DNA of 64,000 nucleotides from an uncultured Gemmatimonadales bacterium. GTDB taxonomy: Bacteria > Gemmatimonadota > Gemmatimonadetes > Longimicrobiales > RSA9. The DNA lies in assembly GCA_963816355.1 (NCBI GenBank), contig CAWFKH010000003.1:1472001-1536000 (forward strand), in the 5' to 3' direction. Every line of letters starts with the position of its first letter. The stretch's first letter is position 1. Positions 18,741-27,567 of this stretch are shown here, in pieces. Made by a program: the position numbers and the translations under genes. A model generated the notes under the pieces. The model was not told the DNA's origin. It worked only from the letters and a program-made list of their open reading frames with translations, and did not search any database.

Positions 18741-18879
18741 CTGCTCCTGGTTTCTGCGGGGACCTCCGCCACTCCGCGAGCCGGGTCCGCCCCCTTCCCC
18801 CGGCCGCGCCGTCCGGACATTCCGGACGGCCAGGTTCGCGCCGCTCGCGTTCCGCGGCGCAAACGCCTCGATTTCTTAC

Positions 18880-18895
18880 ATCTTTACATCAAGAT
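18880..18895. promoter_or_regulatory. MhqR-type operator upstream of yceI
   Basis: ATCTTTACATCAAGAT; 14/16 identical to the palindrome at 19441-19456. Confidence 0.7.
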
Positions 18896-18968
18896 ATATG
18901 CCCACAGCGACAAGCCCTCCGCGGCTCACCGCCGCACCCACGGACCGAAGGAACGACGGACGGACGCG

Positions 18969-19442
18969 CTACGCTCCCGCCGCGCCGGTGCCCAGACGCT
19001 TCAGGAGCGCCGTCGCGATACGCTGCTCCTCGCTCGTCAGGCCGCGCATGACCTCCTCGATGCGCGCGGCGTGCTCAGGAAAGAGCTCTCGCACCAGCGC
19101 GCTGCCCGCCTCCGTGAGCTCCGCGTACTGCACGCGCCGGTCGTGCTCGCACTGGCGGCGCCGCAGCAATCCACGCTCCTGGAGCTTGTCGATCACGTAT
19201 GTCGTGCTGCCGCTCGTGAGCAGGATGCGACTGCCCACCTCTCCGATCGGCAGCGGTCCGCGGTGGTGCAATACCTCCAGCACCCCGAACTCCGTCGCCC
19301 CGAGCCCGTGACGCTCGATGTCGCGCCGCGACTGCTCCGCGATCGCGCGGGCGGCGCGGCTCAGCACCACCCACAGCTTGAGCGCGGTGCGCGTCTCGAC
19401 GCCGAGCTCGGCGTCCTGCTGGAGCATGGCCGGGTCATTCAT
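18969..19442 (-). CDS. MarR-family repressor, MhqR-like
   Basis: LKLWVVLSRA...GLGATEFGVLEVLHHRG...ILLTSGSTTYVIDKL...DRR...LFPEH resembles B. subtilis MhqR as I recall it. Confidence 0.88.
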   Translation of the reverse strand: MNDPAMLQQDAELGVETRTALKLWVVLSRAARAIAEQSRRDIERHGLGATEFGVLEVLHHRGPLPIGEVGSRILLTSGSTTYVIDKLQERGLLRRRQCEHDRRVQYAELTEAGSALVRELFPEHAARIEEVMRGLTSEEQRIATALLKRLGTGAAGA

Positions 19443-19480
19443 CTTGAAATCAAGATAATACGGCCGCCGCCCCCGCGCAA
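19441..19480 (-). promoter_or_regulatory. marR promoter (TTGCGC-17-TATCTT) overlapped by autoregulatory palindrome
   Basis: ATCTTGA-AA-TCAAGAT at 19441-19456 covers the -10 and start codon; near-leaderless. Confidence 0.7.
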
Positions 19481-19613
19481 GAGGACGCGAGGGGCGACGG
19501 CGGAGCACGGCCAGCGCGGCGGAGGAGGGCCCGCGCGGCGGCGCGGGCCGGGGATCGAGGAGGGCCGGTGATCTGAGGTAGGCCGGCGATCTGGGGAGGG
19601 CCGGCGCGGCGCG

Positions 19614-21809
19614 TCAGAAGCGGCCGCCGATATCGGCGTAGATGCGGCGGTCACCGTGGGTGTCGGCGCCGTAGCCGAGGGAGAGCTCTCCGAAGGGTGT
19701 CGACCAGAGGATGCCGGCCTCGGCGCCGTACCACCCGCGGGGGGCCGCCGGCTCGCCGGGCCGATCGGCGGCGATGGCGGCGCGCAGGCGGAGACGGGCG
19801 AAGGCGCCGCCGAGGAGTACGGGGCGGGCGAGGTCCAGGCCGCCGATCGTGAGCGTGCGGGCGCGCACCTCGCCCCAGCGGAGGCCGGGGAGGGCGTGCT
19901 CGTCGCCGAGAGCGGGCAGGCGGTCCGGGGTCGGATCGCCGGCCACGCCGCGATAGGTGAAGACGGCGGCAGCGCGGGTGTCGCCGAGCGGGTGCGTCCA
20001 GGAGGCGGCGACGTCGGCGGCACGGTAGGCGACGTCGCCGGTCCGCAGCGCGAGCTCGAGGCGCAGCGGGATACCGACCGGCGTGCCGCTGGGGAGCGGC
20101 CGCAGCAGGCGGAGCTCGGGGCCGGCCGAGAGGCCATGGGGCGCGTCGAGCCCCGCTCCGAGGGTGATGTTCTCGACGACGAGCCGAGCGTCGGCGATCC
20201 AGGCAGGCTCGAAACGGCGCCACCGGACGCCGCCCCAGAGACCGAGGTGTCGGACGCGCGGCGCCGCGACGATGCGCCGGTCGCCGAACACTCGTGCGCG
20301 CGCATCGGCGGCGAACGCGCCGGCGGCGAGCGCGGCGTTCGCGAGGTGGGGAAGGAACGCTCTCGCGTCGACGCTGGCGTCGCGTCGCACGCCGTCGGCG
20401 GAGGCGGCGATGCGCAGCTCGGCGGGGAAAGCGGCGTGGGCGCGCCCCCGCGCTGCGAGCCAGAGACGGGGGCCTCGGTCGCCGTCCCAGCCGGCGGCGC
20501 CGATCACGTCCGAGGCAGGCCGTGGAACGACGCGAAGGCGAAGGGTGTCGCCGCGGACGGCGGGCCAGACGGCGTCGACGAAGCCGGTGGCGTAGAGGCG
20601 GTCGACGGCCGCGAGGACGGCGGCGGGATCGTAGGGGCCGGGGACGACGTCGGCGAAGGCGGCGCGCGCGAGGTCGGACGTCGCGGCATCGTCGCCGGAC
20701 AGCTCGAGATGGCGCAACCGCGCCGGCGGCGGCAGAGCGCGCCGCCGCGGCGTCGTCACTCCGGCGCCGCCCGCGTGCGACGGAGCGAGCGTCTGGAGCG
20801 CGGCGCGCAGCCCCGCGTCGAGCAGGAAGGAGGCGTCGCGGGGGAAGATGAGGGAGGGCCACTCCGGCGGCACCGAGGGGCGCACGAGGGCATCGGCGCG
20901 GGCGGAGTCGCCGGCGTTCTGGAGAAGGAGGCGCAGGCCGCGAATCCCGACGGCGTATGGATTGTGGCTGTCGACGGCGGTGTCGGGGTGGACGACGTCG
21001 CTCGCGATGACGAAGGGGTAGCCGAGCGATCGCGCGACCGTGACGGGCAGATTCTCGTCGATGCCGCCGTCGACGAGCACGTGGCCGCGGTCGACCACGG
21101 GCGCGAAGACGCCGGGTATCGCCATGCTGGCGCGGACGGCGAGCGGCAGGATGCCTTCGGCCAGGACCACGCCGTGGCCGTCGCCGAGGTCGGCGGCGAC
21201 GGCGCGGAAGCGGCGAGGCAGGCGGTCGAAGCGGCCGCCGGCGCGCGCGTCGGCGTCGAAGAGGAGCCGGATGAGGACGCGATCGATGCGCGCCTCGGGC
21301 AGGATCCCCTGCGGCGCGGCGGGTCCGAACGGCAGGGGCCAGCGCAGCATCGGGCGGCGCGCGGCCGGCGCGCCTCCGAGGAGGACGGCGTCCGCGTCGA
21401 AGAGAGCGCCCCAGTCCTCGTCGCGGATGATGTCCACGATGGCGGCAGGGGCGTAGCCGGCGGCGTAGAGCGCACCGATGATCGCCCCCATGCTCGTACC
21501 CACGACGAGGTCCGGATCGTACCCGAGGCGCTCCACCCCCAGCAGCACGCCGGCGTGCGCGAGGCCGCGTGCGCCGCCGCCGCCCAGCACGAGCGCGCGC
21601 GGAAGACCGGGCGCGGGGAGCGCGGCTTGCGCCGGCGGCGCCGAATCGGGGGGCGGGGGAGTCGAAGGCGGCCCCTGCGCGGCTGCGCCGCGCGCCGCGG
21701 CCGCGGCCAGGACCAGGGGGAGCGCGAAGACGAGCAGAATCGCGGGACTGGAGCGCGGGCCGCGGTGATGATACCATAGACCGATGAAGCTGATCGTGCG
21801 TCTCCTCAT
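19614..21809 (-). CDS. Patatin-like phospholipase with POTRA-like linker and beta-barrel C-terminus (PlpD/type Vd-like)
   Basis: GGGARG, GTSMG, DGG motifs; DRLYATGF POTRA-like segment; amphipathic strands ending in Phe. Start codon uncertain. Confidence 0.82.
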   Translation of the reverse strand: MRRRTISFIGLWYHHRGPRSSPAILLVFALPLVLAAAAARGAAAQGPPSTPPPPDSAPPAQAALPAPGLPRALVLGGGGARGLAHAGVLLGVERLGYDPDLVVGTSMGAIIGALYAAGYAPAAIVDIIRDEDWGALFDADAVLLGGAPAARRPMLRWPLPFGPAAPQGILPEARIDRVLIRLLFDADARAGGRFDRLPRRFRAVAADLGDGHGVVLAEGILPLAVRASMAIPGVFAPVVDRGHVLVDGGIDENLPVTVARSLGYPFVIASDVVHPDTAVDSHNPYAVGIRGLRLLLQNAGDSARADALVRPSVPPEWPSLIFPRDASFLLDAGLRAALQTLAPSHAGGAGVTTPRRRALPPPARLRHLELSGDDAATSDLARAAFADVVPGPYDPAAVLAAVDRLYATGFVDAVWPAVRGDTLRLRVVPRPASDVIGAAGWDGDRGPRLWLAARGRAHAAFPAELRIAASADGVRRDASVDARAFLPHLANAALAAGAFAADARARVFGDRRIVAAPRVRHLGLWGGVRWRRFEPAWIADARLVVENITLGAGLDAPHGLSAGPELRLLRPLPSGTPVGIPLRLELALRTGDVAYRAADVAASWTHPLGDTRAAAVFTYRGVAGDPTPDRLPALGDEHALPGLRWGEVRARTLTIGGLDLARPVLLGGAFARLRLRAAIAADRPGEPAAPRGWYGAEAGILWSTPFGELSLGYGADTHGDRRIYADIGGRF

Positions 21810-22152
21810 CACGGCGGCGGCTCTGTGGGTCGCGGTGCGGCTGATTCCCGGCATCTCCTACGCCGGCGACCCGCTGGGACTCGTTCTCGTCGCGCTCGTC
21901 TTCGGCGCGTTGAACGCGGTCGTGCGCCCGGTCCTCGTGCTGCTGACGTGTCCGCTCGTGCTGCTCACGCTCGGGATCTTCATCCTGGTCCTGAACGGCG
22001 TGCTGCTCTGGCTCACGAGCGCGGTGTCCGGCGCGATCGGCCTCGGCTTCCACGTGGCGGGGTTCGGGGCGGCGTTCATTGGAGCGCTCGTCGTCGGCAT
22101 CGTGAGCATGCTGCTGACGGTCTTCGTAGGAGATCCGGCGCGCAAGGGGTGA
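21784..22152 (+). CDS. Phage holin superfamily IV / YvlD-like 4-TM membrane protein
   Basis: ALNAVVRPVLVLLTCPLVLLTLGIFILVLNG, GFHVAGFGAAFIGA. Confidence 0.9.
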   Translation: MKLIVRLLITAAALWVAVRLIPGISYAGDPLGLVLVALVFGALNAVVRPVLVLLTCPLVLLTLGIFILVLNGVLLWLTSAVSGAIGLGFHVAGFGAAFIGALVVGIVSMLLTVFVGDPARKG

Positions 22153-22222
22153 GCCCACGGCGTTGATGCCGGCTTCGGACGACGCACATTCCAGAATCGC
22201 GGTTCCCGGACGAATCCTTTCC

Positions 22223-22236
22223 GGCGCGTGGCTTGC
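22223..22236 (+). promoter_or_regulatory. Putative sigma54 -24/-12 promoter
   Basis: GGCGCG-TGGC-TTGC (GG-N10-GC) about 45 nt upstream of the TTG at 22280. Confidence 0.5.
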
Positions 22237-22279
22237 GAACGGCGAGCCGCGTCTGGTCCCCGGCGGAACGGAGGTCGCC

Positions 22280-23407
22280 TTGTCCACTGCCACCTATGAT
22301 CGCTGGCTGCCGATCGGCGCCCGCGCGCTCCCGCGGGAAGAGCTCTGGCTGGTCGGCCCCTTCTACGACCTCGCGTTCATCATCTTCTCCGCAGCGCTGC
22401 TCCTGTTCCCGCACATCAGCCACGCCTTCAGCGGGAGCAACATCTTCGTCGACCTGTTGGTGACGATGGTGATCGGCGGACCGCACCTCTTCGCCACCTA
22501 CACAATGACGCTGATGGAGCCGCAGTTCCGCGAGCGCTACCCGATCTACTCTAGGGGCGCCTTCCTGCTCCCCTTCCTCATCGTGGGCCTCGCGATCTGG
22601 AACCTGACGCTGCTCGTCACCGTCTTCTTCTTCTGGGCCTCCGTGCACGTGATCCACCAGGCCGCCTTCATCGCCGACGCGTATCGCATGAAGGACCCGC
22701 GCGGCTGGACGTGGACCACGCGCGCCATCGATTACGGCCTCCTCTTCACCTGCATGTACCCGATCGCGACGAGCAAGCTGATCAACGGGGAGTTCGTCAC
22801 CGGCGGCCGGCACCTGCTCTTCCCCGCCTTCCTCCGCATGCGCTTCCTGCCGAGCCTCGTGTGGACCGCCTTCCTCTTCTTCCTCGCCGCCTTCGTCGTC
22901 AAGACGGTCCACGAGATTCGCAGCGGCCGCTTTCACGGGCCCAAGACGCTGCACATGACGCTCGCTTCCGGGCTCTTCTTCCTCACCCCCGCGCTCCGCA
23001 ACCTCGACGTGGCGTTCCAGGGCCTCAACGTCTGGCACTCGTTCCAGTACCTGGCCGTCGTCCTCTACCTGAACCGCCTGCGCGCCCAGAGGGGCCTCAT
23101 CGGATCGCGCGCCGTCGCCGCCATCTCGCGTCGCGGCTGGAGACTCTACGGCCTCTGTCTCGCCTTCACCCTCGGCGCCGGCCTCCTCTTCCTCGCCGTG
23201 CTCGCCATCGTCGTCCACATCGGGGCCTTCGCCACCGGCACGCCGATGCACAACCCGCTCTTCGGAACCGTCGCCAGCGACCAGCACTATTTCGCCTTCT
23301 ACAGCGTCGTCCTCTCCTTCCTCCTCGTCCACTACTACTTCGACCACTTCATCTTCCTCGGTCAGGACGAGCGGATCACGCCCACGTTCGCACCCCTGCG
23401 GGCGTGA
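22280..23407 (+). CDS. Uncharacterised multi-pass membrane protein with conserved-looking His motifs
   Basis: About 9-10 hydrophobic segments; GGPHLFATY, WASVHVIHQ, WHSFQYL, VHYYFDH; SD GGAGG before TTG. Confidence 0.8.
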   Translation: MSTATYDRWLPIGARALPREELWLVGPFYDLAFIIFSAALLLFPHISHAFSGSNIFVDLLVTMVIGGPHLFATYTMTLMEPQFRERYPIYSRGAFLLPFLIVGLAIWNLTLLVTVFFFWASVHVIHQAAFIADAYRMKDPRGWTWTTRAIDYGLLFTCMYPIATSKLINGEFVTGGRHLLFPAFLRMRFLPSLVWTAFLFFLAAFVVKTVHEIRSGRFHGPKTLHMTLASGLFFLTPALRNLDVAFQGLNVWHSFQYLAVVLYLNRLRAQRGLIGSRAVAAISRRGWRLYGLCLAFTLGAGLLFLAVLAIVVHIGAFATGTPMHNPLFGTVASDQHYFAFYSVVLSFLLVHYYFDHFIFLGQDERITPTFAPLRA

Positions 23408-23413
23408 GGCGGA

Positions 23414-23767
23414 TCAGGCCGTGAGGACTTCCTTCAGGACCACGAGGAGCTCCGTAGGCAGGACCGGCTTGTGGAGGAAGCGGACAAAGAGGTCAGGGCG
23501 GTCGATCGAGTCGTAGGCGCTGATACCGATGATCGGGATCGCTCGCGTCGTCGCCTCCGCCTTGATCCGCTCCGACGCTCCGATCCCGTCCAGCCGCGGC
23601 ATCGAGATGTCCATCAGGACGACGTCCGGCCGCATCATCCCCGCCTTCTCCACGCCGTCCAATCCGTCGCGCGCCGTGTCGACGGAGAAGCCCCAGTGCT
23701 CGAGCACCGCAGCGAGCATCTCGCGCACGTCGATGTTGTCCTCCACGATCAGGACCGAGTGGCGCAT
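23414..23767 (-). CDS. Single-domain response regulator (CheY/DivK-like)
   Basis: VLIVEDN, PDVVLMDISMP, ISA, HKP. Confidence 0.9.
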   Translation of the reverse strand: MRHSVLIVEDNIDVREMLAAVLEHWGFSVDTARDGLDGVEKAGMMRPDVVLMDISMPRLDGIGASERIKAEATTRAIPIIGISAYDSIDRPDLFVRFLHKPVLPTELLVVLKEVLTA

Positions 23768-23930
23768 CGCTTCGTTCACAGGAGATGACGGGAAGACGGG
23801 GTCCACCGCCGAACCCCGAAAAACCGTTTCTCCCGCTGCACACTCCGGACCGGGCCGTGGAATGCTGCACCGGCGCCACGCGCGTGCGCCAGGAACGGCG
23901 CAGCGACGCAACAGGTGTGGCACGACACCG

Positions 23931-24590
23931 TCACACCCGCACCTGCGACGCGATCGCGTAGCTCAGGACCGCCGCCACGACGCGACCGGGCCCGTGCACG
24001 CCGCGAACGAGGATGCCGCCGATGTCGGCCGACTTGCTCGGGCCGGAGTGGAGGGCGAAAGCGGCAGGTGCTTCGAGGGGGACGGCGCGGAGGGCGGCGG
24101 CGAGCGTGGGGCGGATGTCGGGAGCGGGCAGCCAGACGAGGTGGACGGGAGGGAGGAGCTGGGCGGCGCGGCCGTCGCGGCCGTCGAGGAGGAGCGATCC
24201 GGTGTCCGCGGCGGCCGCCCGCGCGAGGGAGACGCCGAGGTCCGCGGCGGCGGCGGGTGCGTGGGAGAGGCGCGGGCGGAGCGAAGCGGGGACGAGCGTT
24301 CCGACCGCCGCGGAGTGGAAGGCGTGGGCGAACCGTTCGAGCCAGGCGGCGGCGCTCCCGGCGTCATCGAGGACGACGACCTCACCGCCCGCGGCGGTGA
24401 ACGCGGCGGCGAAGCGGTCGATCGTTGCGGCGTCGGCACGGTCGGGGTTCTCGGCGTCGGCGCGGTCGGGGTTCTCGGCGTCGGCCGCGGTGAGGGGCGG
24501 CGCCGGGCCGGGGTGGCCGGCGGCGGGCAAGGCGCGCGCAGCGTCGCGAAGTCGCTCCAGGATGCGGCGGCGGCCCGGGTCGTCGGACAT
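23931..24590 (-). CDS. lutC: Lactate utilization protein C (LUD domain)
   Basis: AADTGSL, LLPPVH, SGPSKSADIGGILVRGVHGP. Confidence 0.88.
   Translation of the reverse strand: MSDDPGRRRILERLRDAARALPAAGHPGPAPPLTAADAENPDRADAENPDRADAATIDRFAAAFTAAGGEVVVLDDAGSAAAWLERFAHAFHSAAVGTLVPASLRPRLSHAPAAAADLGVSLARAAAADTGSLLLDGRDGRAAQLLPPVHLVWLPAPDIRPTLAAALRAVPLEAPAAFALHSGPSKSADIGGILVRGVHGPGRVVAAVLSYAIASQVRV
24428..24485. repeat. 24-bp in-frame tandem repeat (about 2.4 copies) in lutC
   Basis: CGGCGTCGGC(A/G)CGGTCGGGGTTCT units; encodes ADAENPDR twice. Confidence 0.85.
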
Positions 24591-25999
24591 CAGCGGATTC
24601 CCTCCTCCCACAGCTCGCGGAAGGTGCGCGGGCTCGGTCGCAAGCCGCCGCGGACGCCGTTCCAGGCGCGCAGGACGGGAAGGAGGCGGCCGCGCAGGGC
24701 GACCTGCGGGATCATGCGGAGAAGGCGGGACGCGGCACGGTAGCGGGCGGGGCTTCGCATGGCGGCGGCGAAGGCGCGGACCATGGCGCCCTCGGCGCGT
24801 GGCGCGGACTCCGCCTCGACGGCGCGCCGGCGCCATTCCACCAGGAGGCTCGGGATCGGGATGCGCACGGGGCAGACGTCGCGGCAGGCGCCGCAGAGCG
24901 TAGAGGCGGCGGGCAGCTCGGCGGCGCGATCGAGGCCGAGCATCGCCGGCGCGAGGGCGGCGCCGATCGGACCGGAATACGCCCATCCGTAAGGGTGGCC
25001 CCCGGTCTGGCGGTAGACGGGACACACGTTGAGGCACGCGGAGCAGCGGACGCAGCGGAGGGCCTCCCAGGCGCGTGCGTCGCCGAGCAGCGCGCTACGA
25101 CCGTTGTCGACGAGGACGACGTGCAGCGCCTCCGGGCCGTCCGGCTCGTCCGCCGCACGCGGCCCGTGGAGCAGCGAGACGAAGGTCCCGATCGGCTGCC
25201 CGGTCGCGCTCCGACTGACGATCTGGAGGAACGACGCGAGGTCGGCGAGGGTCGCCAGGAGCTTCTCGATGCCGACGAGGGCCACGTGCACGCGCGGCAG
25301 CGACGTCGTCAAGCGGATGTTGCCCTCGTTCTCGATCAGCGCGAGCGTCCCCGTTTCGGCGACGAGGAAGTTGGCGCCCGTGATGCCCATGTCGGCGGCG
25401 ATGAAGCGCTCGCGAAGCACGCGCCGCGCGGCCGCGGCGAGCGTCTGCGCCGAGGCGTCCGGCGGCGTGCCGAGCCGCTCGGCGAAGAGACGGCGGATGT
25501 CGTCGATACCGCGGTGGATCGCGGGCGCGAGGATGTGGCTTGGCGGCTCGCCTCCGAGCTGAACGACGTACTCGCCGAGATCGGTCTCCACGGCGTCGAC
25601 TCCGCGGGAGGCGAGCAGCGCGTTCACACCCAGCTCCTCGCTGAGCATGCTCTTCCCCTTCACCACCGATCGCACGCCGTACGCATCGACGAGGCGAAGA
25701 AGAATCTCATGCACGTCTCGTGGCCGTTCCGCCCAGTGGACCACGGCGCCGTTGCGGACCAGCCGCGCCTCCGCCGATTCCAGGTGATCCGCGAGATTGC
25801 GCAACACGTGGTCCCGAACGCTCCGCGCCCAGCTCCGCCACCGCACCGCGTCCGTGCCGGCGAACGCGGCGCGGCGCTGCGCGTCGAAGTGCAGCGTGCC
25901 CCGCGTCACCGCCGCCCGCACCTCCGGCTCCTCCGCCAGGATGCGGCGCGCGCTCCTGCCGAAGGCGATGCGGCCGCCGCCGGTCGGCTCAGCCGTCAC
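24590..25999 (-). CDS. lutB: Lactate utilization Fe-S protein B
   Basis: KGKSMLSEE, ETDLGEY, ENEGN, CVRCSACLNVCPVY, STLCGACRDVCPV. Confidence 0.93.
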   Translation of the reverse strand: MTAEPTGGGRIAFGRSARRILAEEPEVRAAVTRGTLHFDAQRRAAFAGTDAVRWRSWARSVRDHVLRNLADHLESAEARLVRNGAVVHWAERPRDVHEILLRLVDAYGVRSVVKGKSMLSEELGVNALLASRGVDAVETDLGEYVVQLGGEPPSHILAPAIHRGIDDIRRLFAERLGTPPDASAQTLAAAARRVLRERFIAADMGITGANFLVAETGTLALIENEGNIRLTTSLPRVHVALVGIEKLLATLADLASFLQIVSRSATGQPIGTFVSLLHGPRAADEPDGPEALHVVLVDNGRSALLGDARAWEALRCVRCSACLNVCPVYRQTGGHPYGWAYSGPIGAALAPAMLGLDRAAELPAASTLCGACRDVCPVRIPIPSLLVEWRRRAVEAESAPRAEGAMVRAFAAAMRSPARYRAASRLLRMIPQVALRGRLLPVLRAWNGVRGGLRPSPRTFRELWEEGIR

Positions 26000-26717
26000 G
26001 TCGCGCCTCCCACAGAAGCGTCGCGAGGTGGCGGACGGGCGGCCCTCCGCCGCGTGCTTCGATCCGGCCGGCGAGATGGAGCAGACAGCCGCCGTCCGCA
26101 GACGTGAGCGCGTCGACCTCCGGCAGGGTGTCGAGCTTGCGATCCGCCATGGCCGCGGAGACGTGCGGCAGCTTCACCGAGAAGAGCCCGCCGAAACCAC
26201 AGCACTCCGCCCCCGCCTCCCAACCCACCAACTCGGCGCCCGCATTGGCGAGCAGAAGCTCCGCCTCCGCACCCAGTCCCAGCTCCCACCGGCCGTGACA
26301 GCCGTGGTGATACGCGATGCGCCTGCCGCGCAGGCCGCGACCCAGCTCGCGCACGCCCAGCTCCTTCACCACGTACTCCGCCAGCTCGAACGTCCGCGAA
26401 GCCAGCGCACGCGCAGCCGGGTCCTCCTCGCCGAACAACTCCCCGTAGAACGAGCGCAGCATCGCGGCGCAGCTTCCGGATGGGAGGACCACCCGCGGCG
26501 CATCGCGGAAGACCGCCAGGGTGTGCCGCGCCATCGCGCGCGCCTCCGCATGGTGGCCCGCGTTGAACGCCGGCTGGCCGCAGCACGTCTGGCCCGCTGG
26601 GAAGGCGACCTCCACGCCGAGCGAACGCAGCAGCCGCACCGCGTCCGCCACCGCGTCCGCGAAGAACTGGTCGCCGAGGCACGTCGCGAAGAGGGCCACA
26701 CTCCTGGAATCCGCCAT
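25989..26717 (-). CDS. lutA: Lactate utilization protein A (CCG domains)
   Basis: QTCCGQPAFN, PSGSC, YHHGCH, ECCGFGGLFSVK, DGGCLLH. Confidence 0.93.
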   Translation of the reverse strand: MADSRSVALFATCLGDQFFADAVADAVRLLRSLGVEVAFPAGQTCCGQPAFNAGHHAEARAMARHTLAVFRDAPRVVLPSGSCAAMLRSFYGELFGEEDPAARALASRTFELAEYVVKELGVRELGRGLRGRRIAYHHGCHGRWELGLGAEAELLLANAGAELVGWEAGAECCGFGGLFSVKLPHVSAAMADRKLDTLPEVDALTSADGGCLLHLAGRIEARGGGPPVRHLATLLWEARRDG

Positions 26718-26954
26718 CGTCCGCGCCTTCGACCCTCCTCCCCCTTCGAACTCCTCGCCGACGCAGCGTCGGGTGCTCGGCGCAGCTTAGCGGCGGGCCG
26801 GACTCCCCGAAAGCCTCGTGCGAAACGGCGCGCTCCTCGCCGCCGGCGGGAGCCGCGACACGAGCATGGAAATTGCCACCGACCTCGCGAAGCAGCGAGC
26901 CGCGGAAGGCCTCTTTCGCGGCTGTTTTGCGTTCACGACATCCGGGAGTCCGCC

Positions 26955-27215
26955 GTGGCCCACGTCCTGATCAACGATCCTCAGAGCCTCGCCAACGTCC
27001 TGCGCGAGCGGATCATCGAACATCCCGTGCTGCAGGACCTCGGCGTGCAGGTGGTCCGCGTCACGGCGGACGAGGACGGATTGCGGATCCGAGCCGTTCG
27101 CGGCCACGCGCTCCTCACCGTCCAGGAGCCGCCCGACTGGACGAGGACCGGCTTCCCCGACCTCGCCGAACGGCTCGTGCACCAGCTCGCGGCCGAAGCC
27201 GAGCTCAGCCGCTGA
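26955..27215 (+). CDS. Hypothetical protein (86 aa)
   Basis: GTG start behind GGGAG; globular-looking composition, GC3-biased codons. Confidence 0.6.
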   Translation: MAHVLINDPQSLANVLRERIIEHPVLQDLGVQVVRVTADEDGLRIRAVRGHALLTVQEPPDWTRTGFPDLAERLVHQLAAEAELSR

Positions 27216-27225
27216 CACCGCGCCC

Positions 27226-27276
27226 CGCCGGCGGTGCCGAGCCCCATCGCCGGCGGTGCCGAGCCCCACGCCGGCG
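27226..27276. repeat. 21-22-bp tandem repeat downstream of the small ORF
   Basis: CGCCGGCGGTGCCGAGCCCCA twice plus a partial third copy. Confidence 0.8.
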
Positions 27277-27567
27277 CCGGGCCGCCCCGCCTCCGTGGCC
27301 CGCGCCCGCGCCCGTGAACAATCCTCCATTCTAAACGTATAAACTGCAACCCGTTACTGACATCCGCCGAATGCGGCCGCCCTTTCAGGGTCAGAACGTA
27401 TCGTTGACGTGACGACGCGCGTTCATGAGTGGTGACAGAATCGCGCCCTGCCGTGGCGAGTAGATCAGGAGCGAGGAAGTCGACGGCGGGAGACGGCGAC
27501 GGAGCGGGTGTGGGGTCGGAGCGGGCTCACGGGGTGGAATCCTTCAGCGAGACGAGCGAGGTTGAGA

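Noticed and set aside
19441..19456. FNR box (TTGA...TCAA)
   Set aside because: Spacing does not fit TTGAT-N4-ATCAA; better explained as the MarR/MhqR operator.
21784..22152. 'Phage holin' as prophage evidence
   Set aside because: The YvlD-type family is widespread on chromosomes; no phage genes nearby.
23864..23878. Weak GG-N10-GC match upstream of the receiver gene
   Set aside because: Lacks TTGC/CAC conservation; expected by chance at this GC content.
27310..27450. AT-richer region upstream of the LytTR gene as sRNA or LytTR direct repeats
   Set aside because: No convincing repeat pair or structure by eye; probably just promoter DNA.
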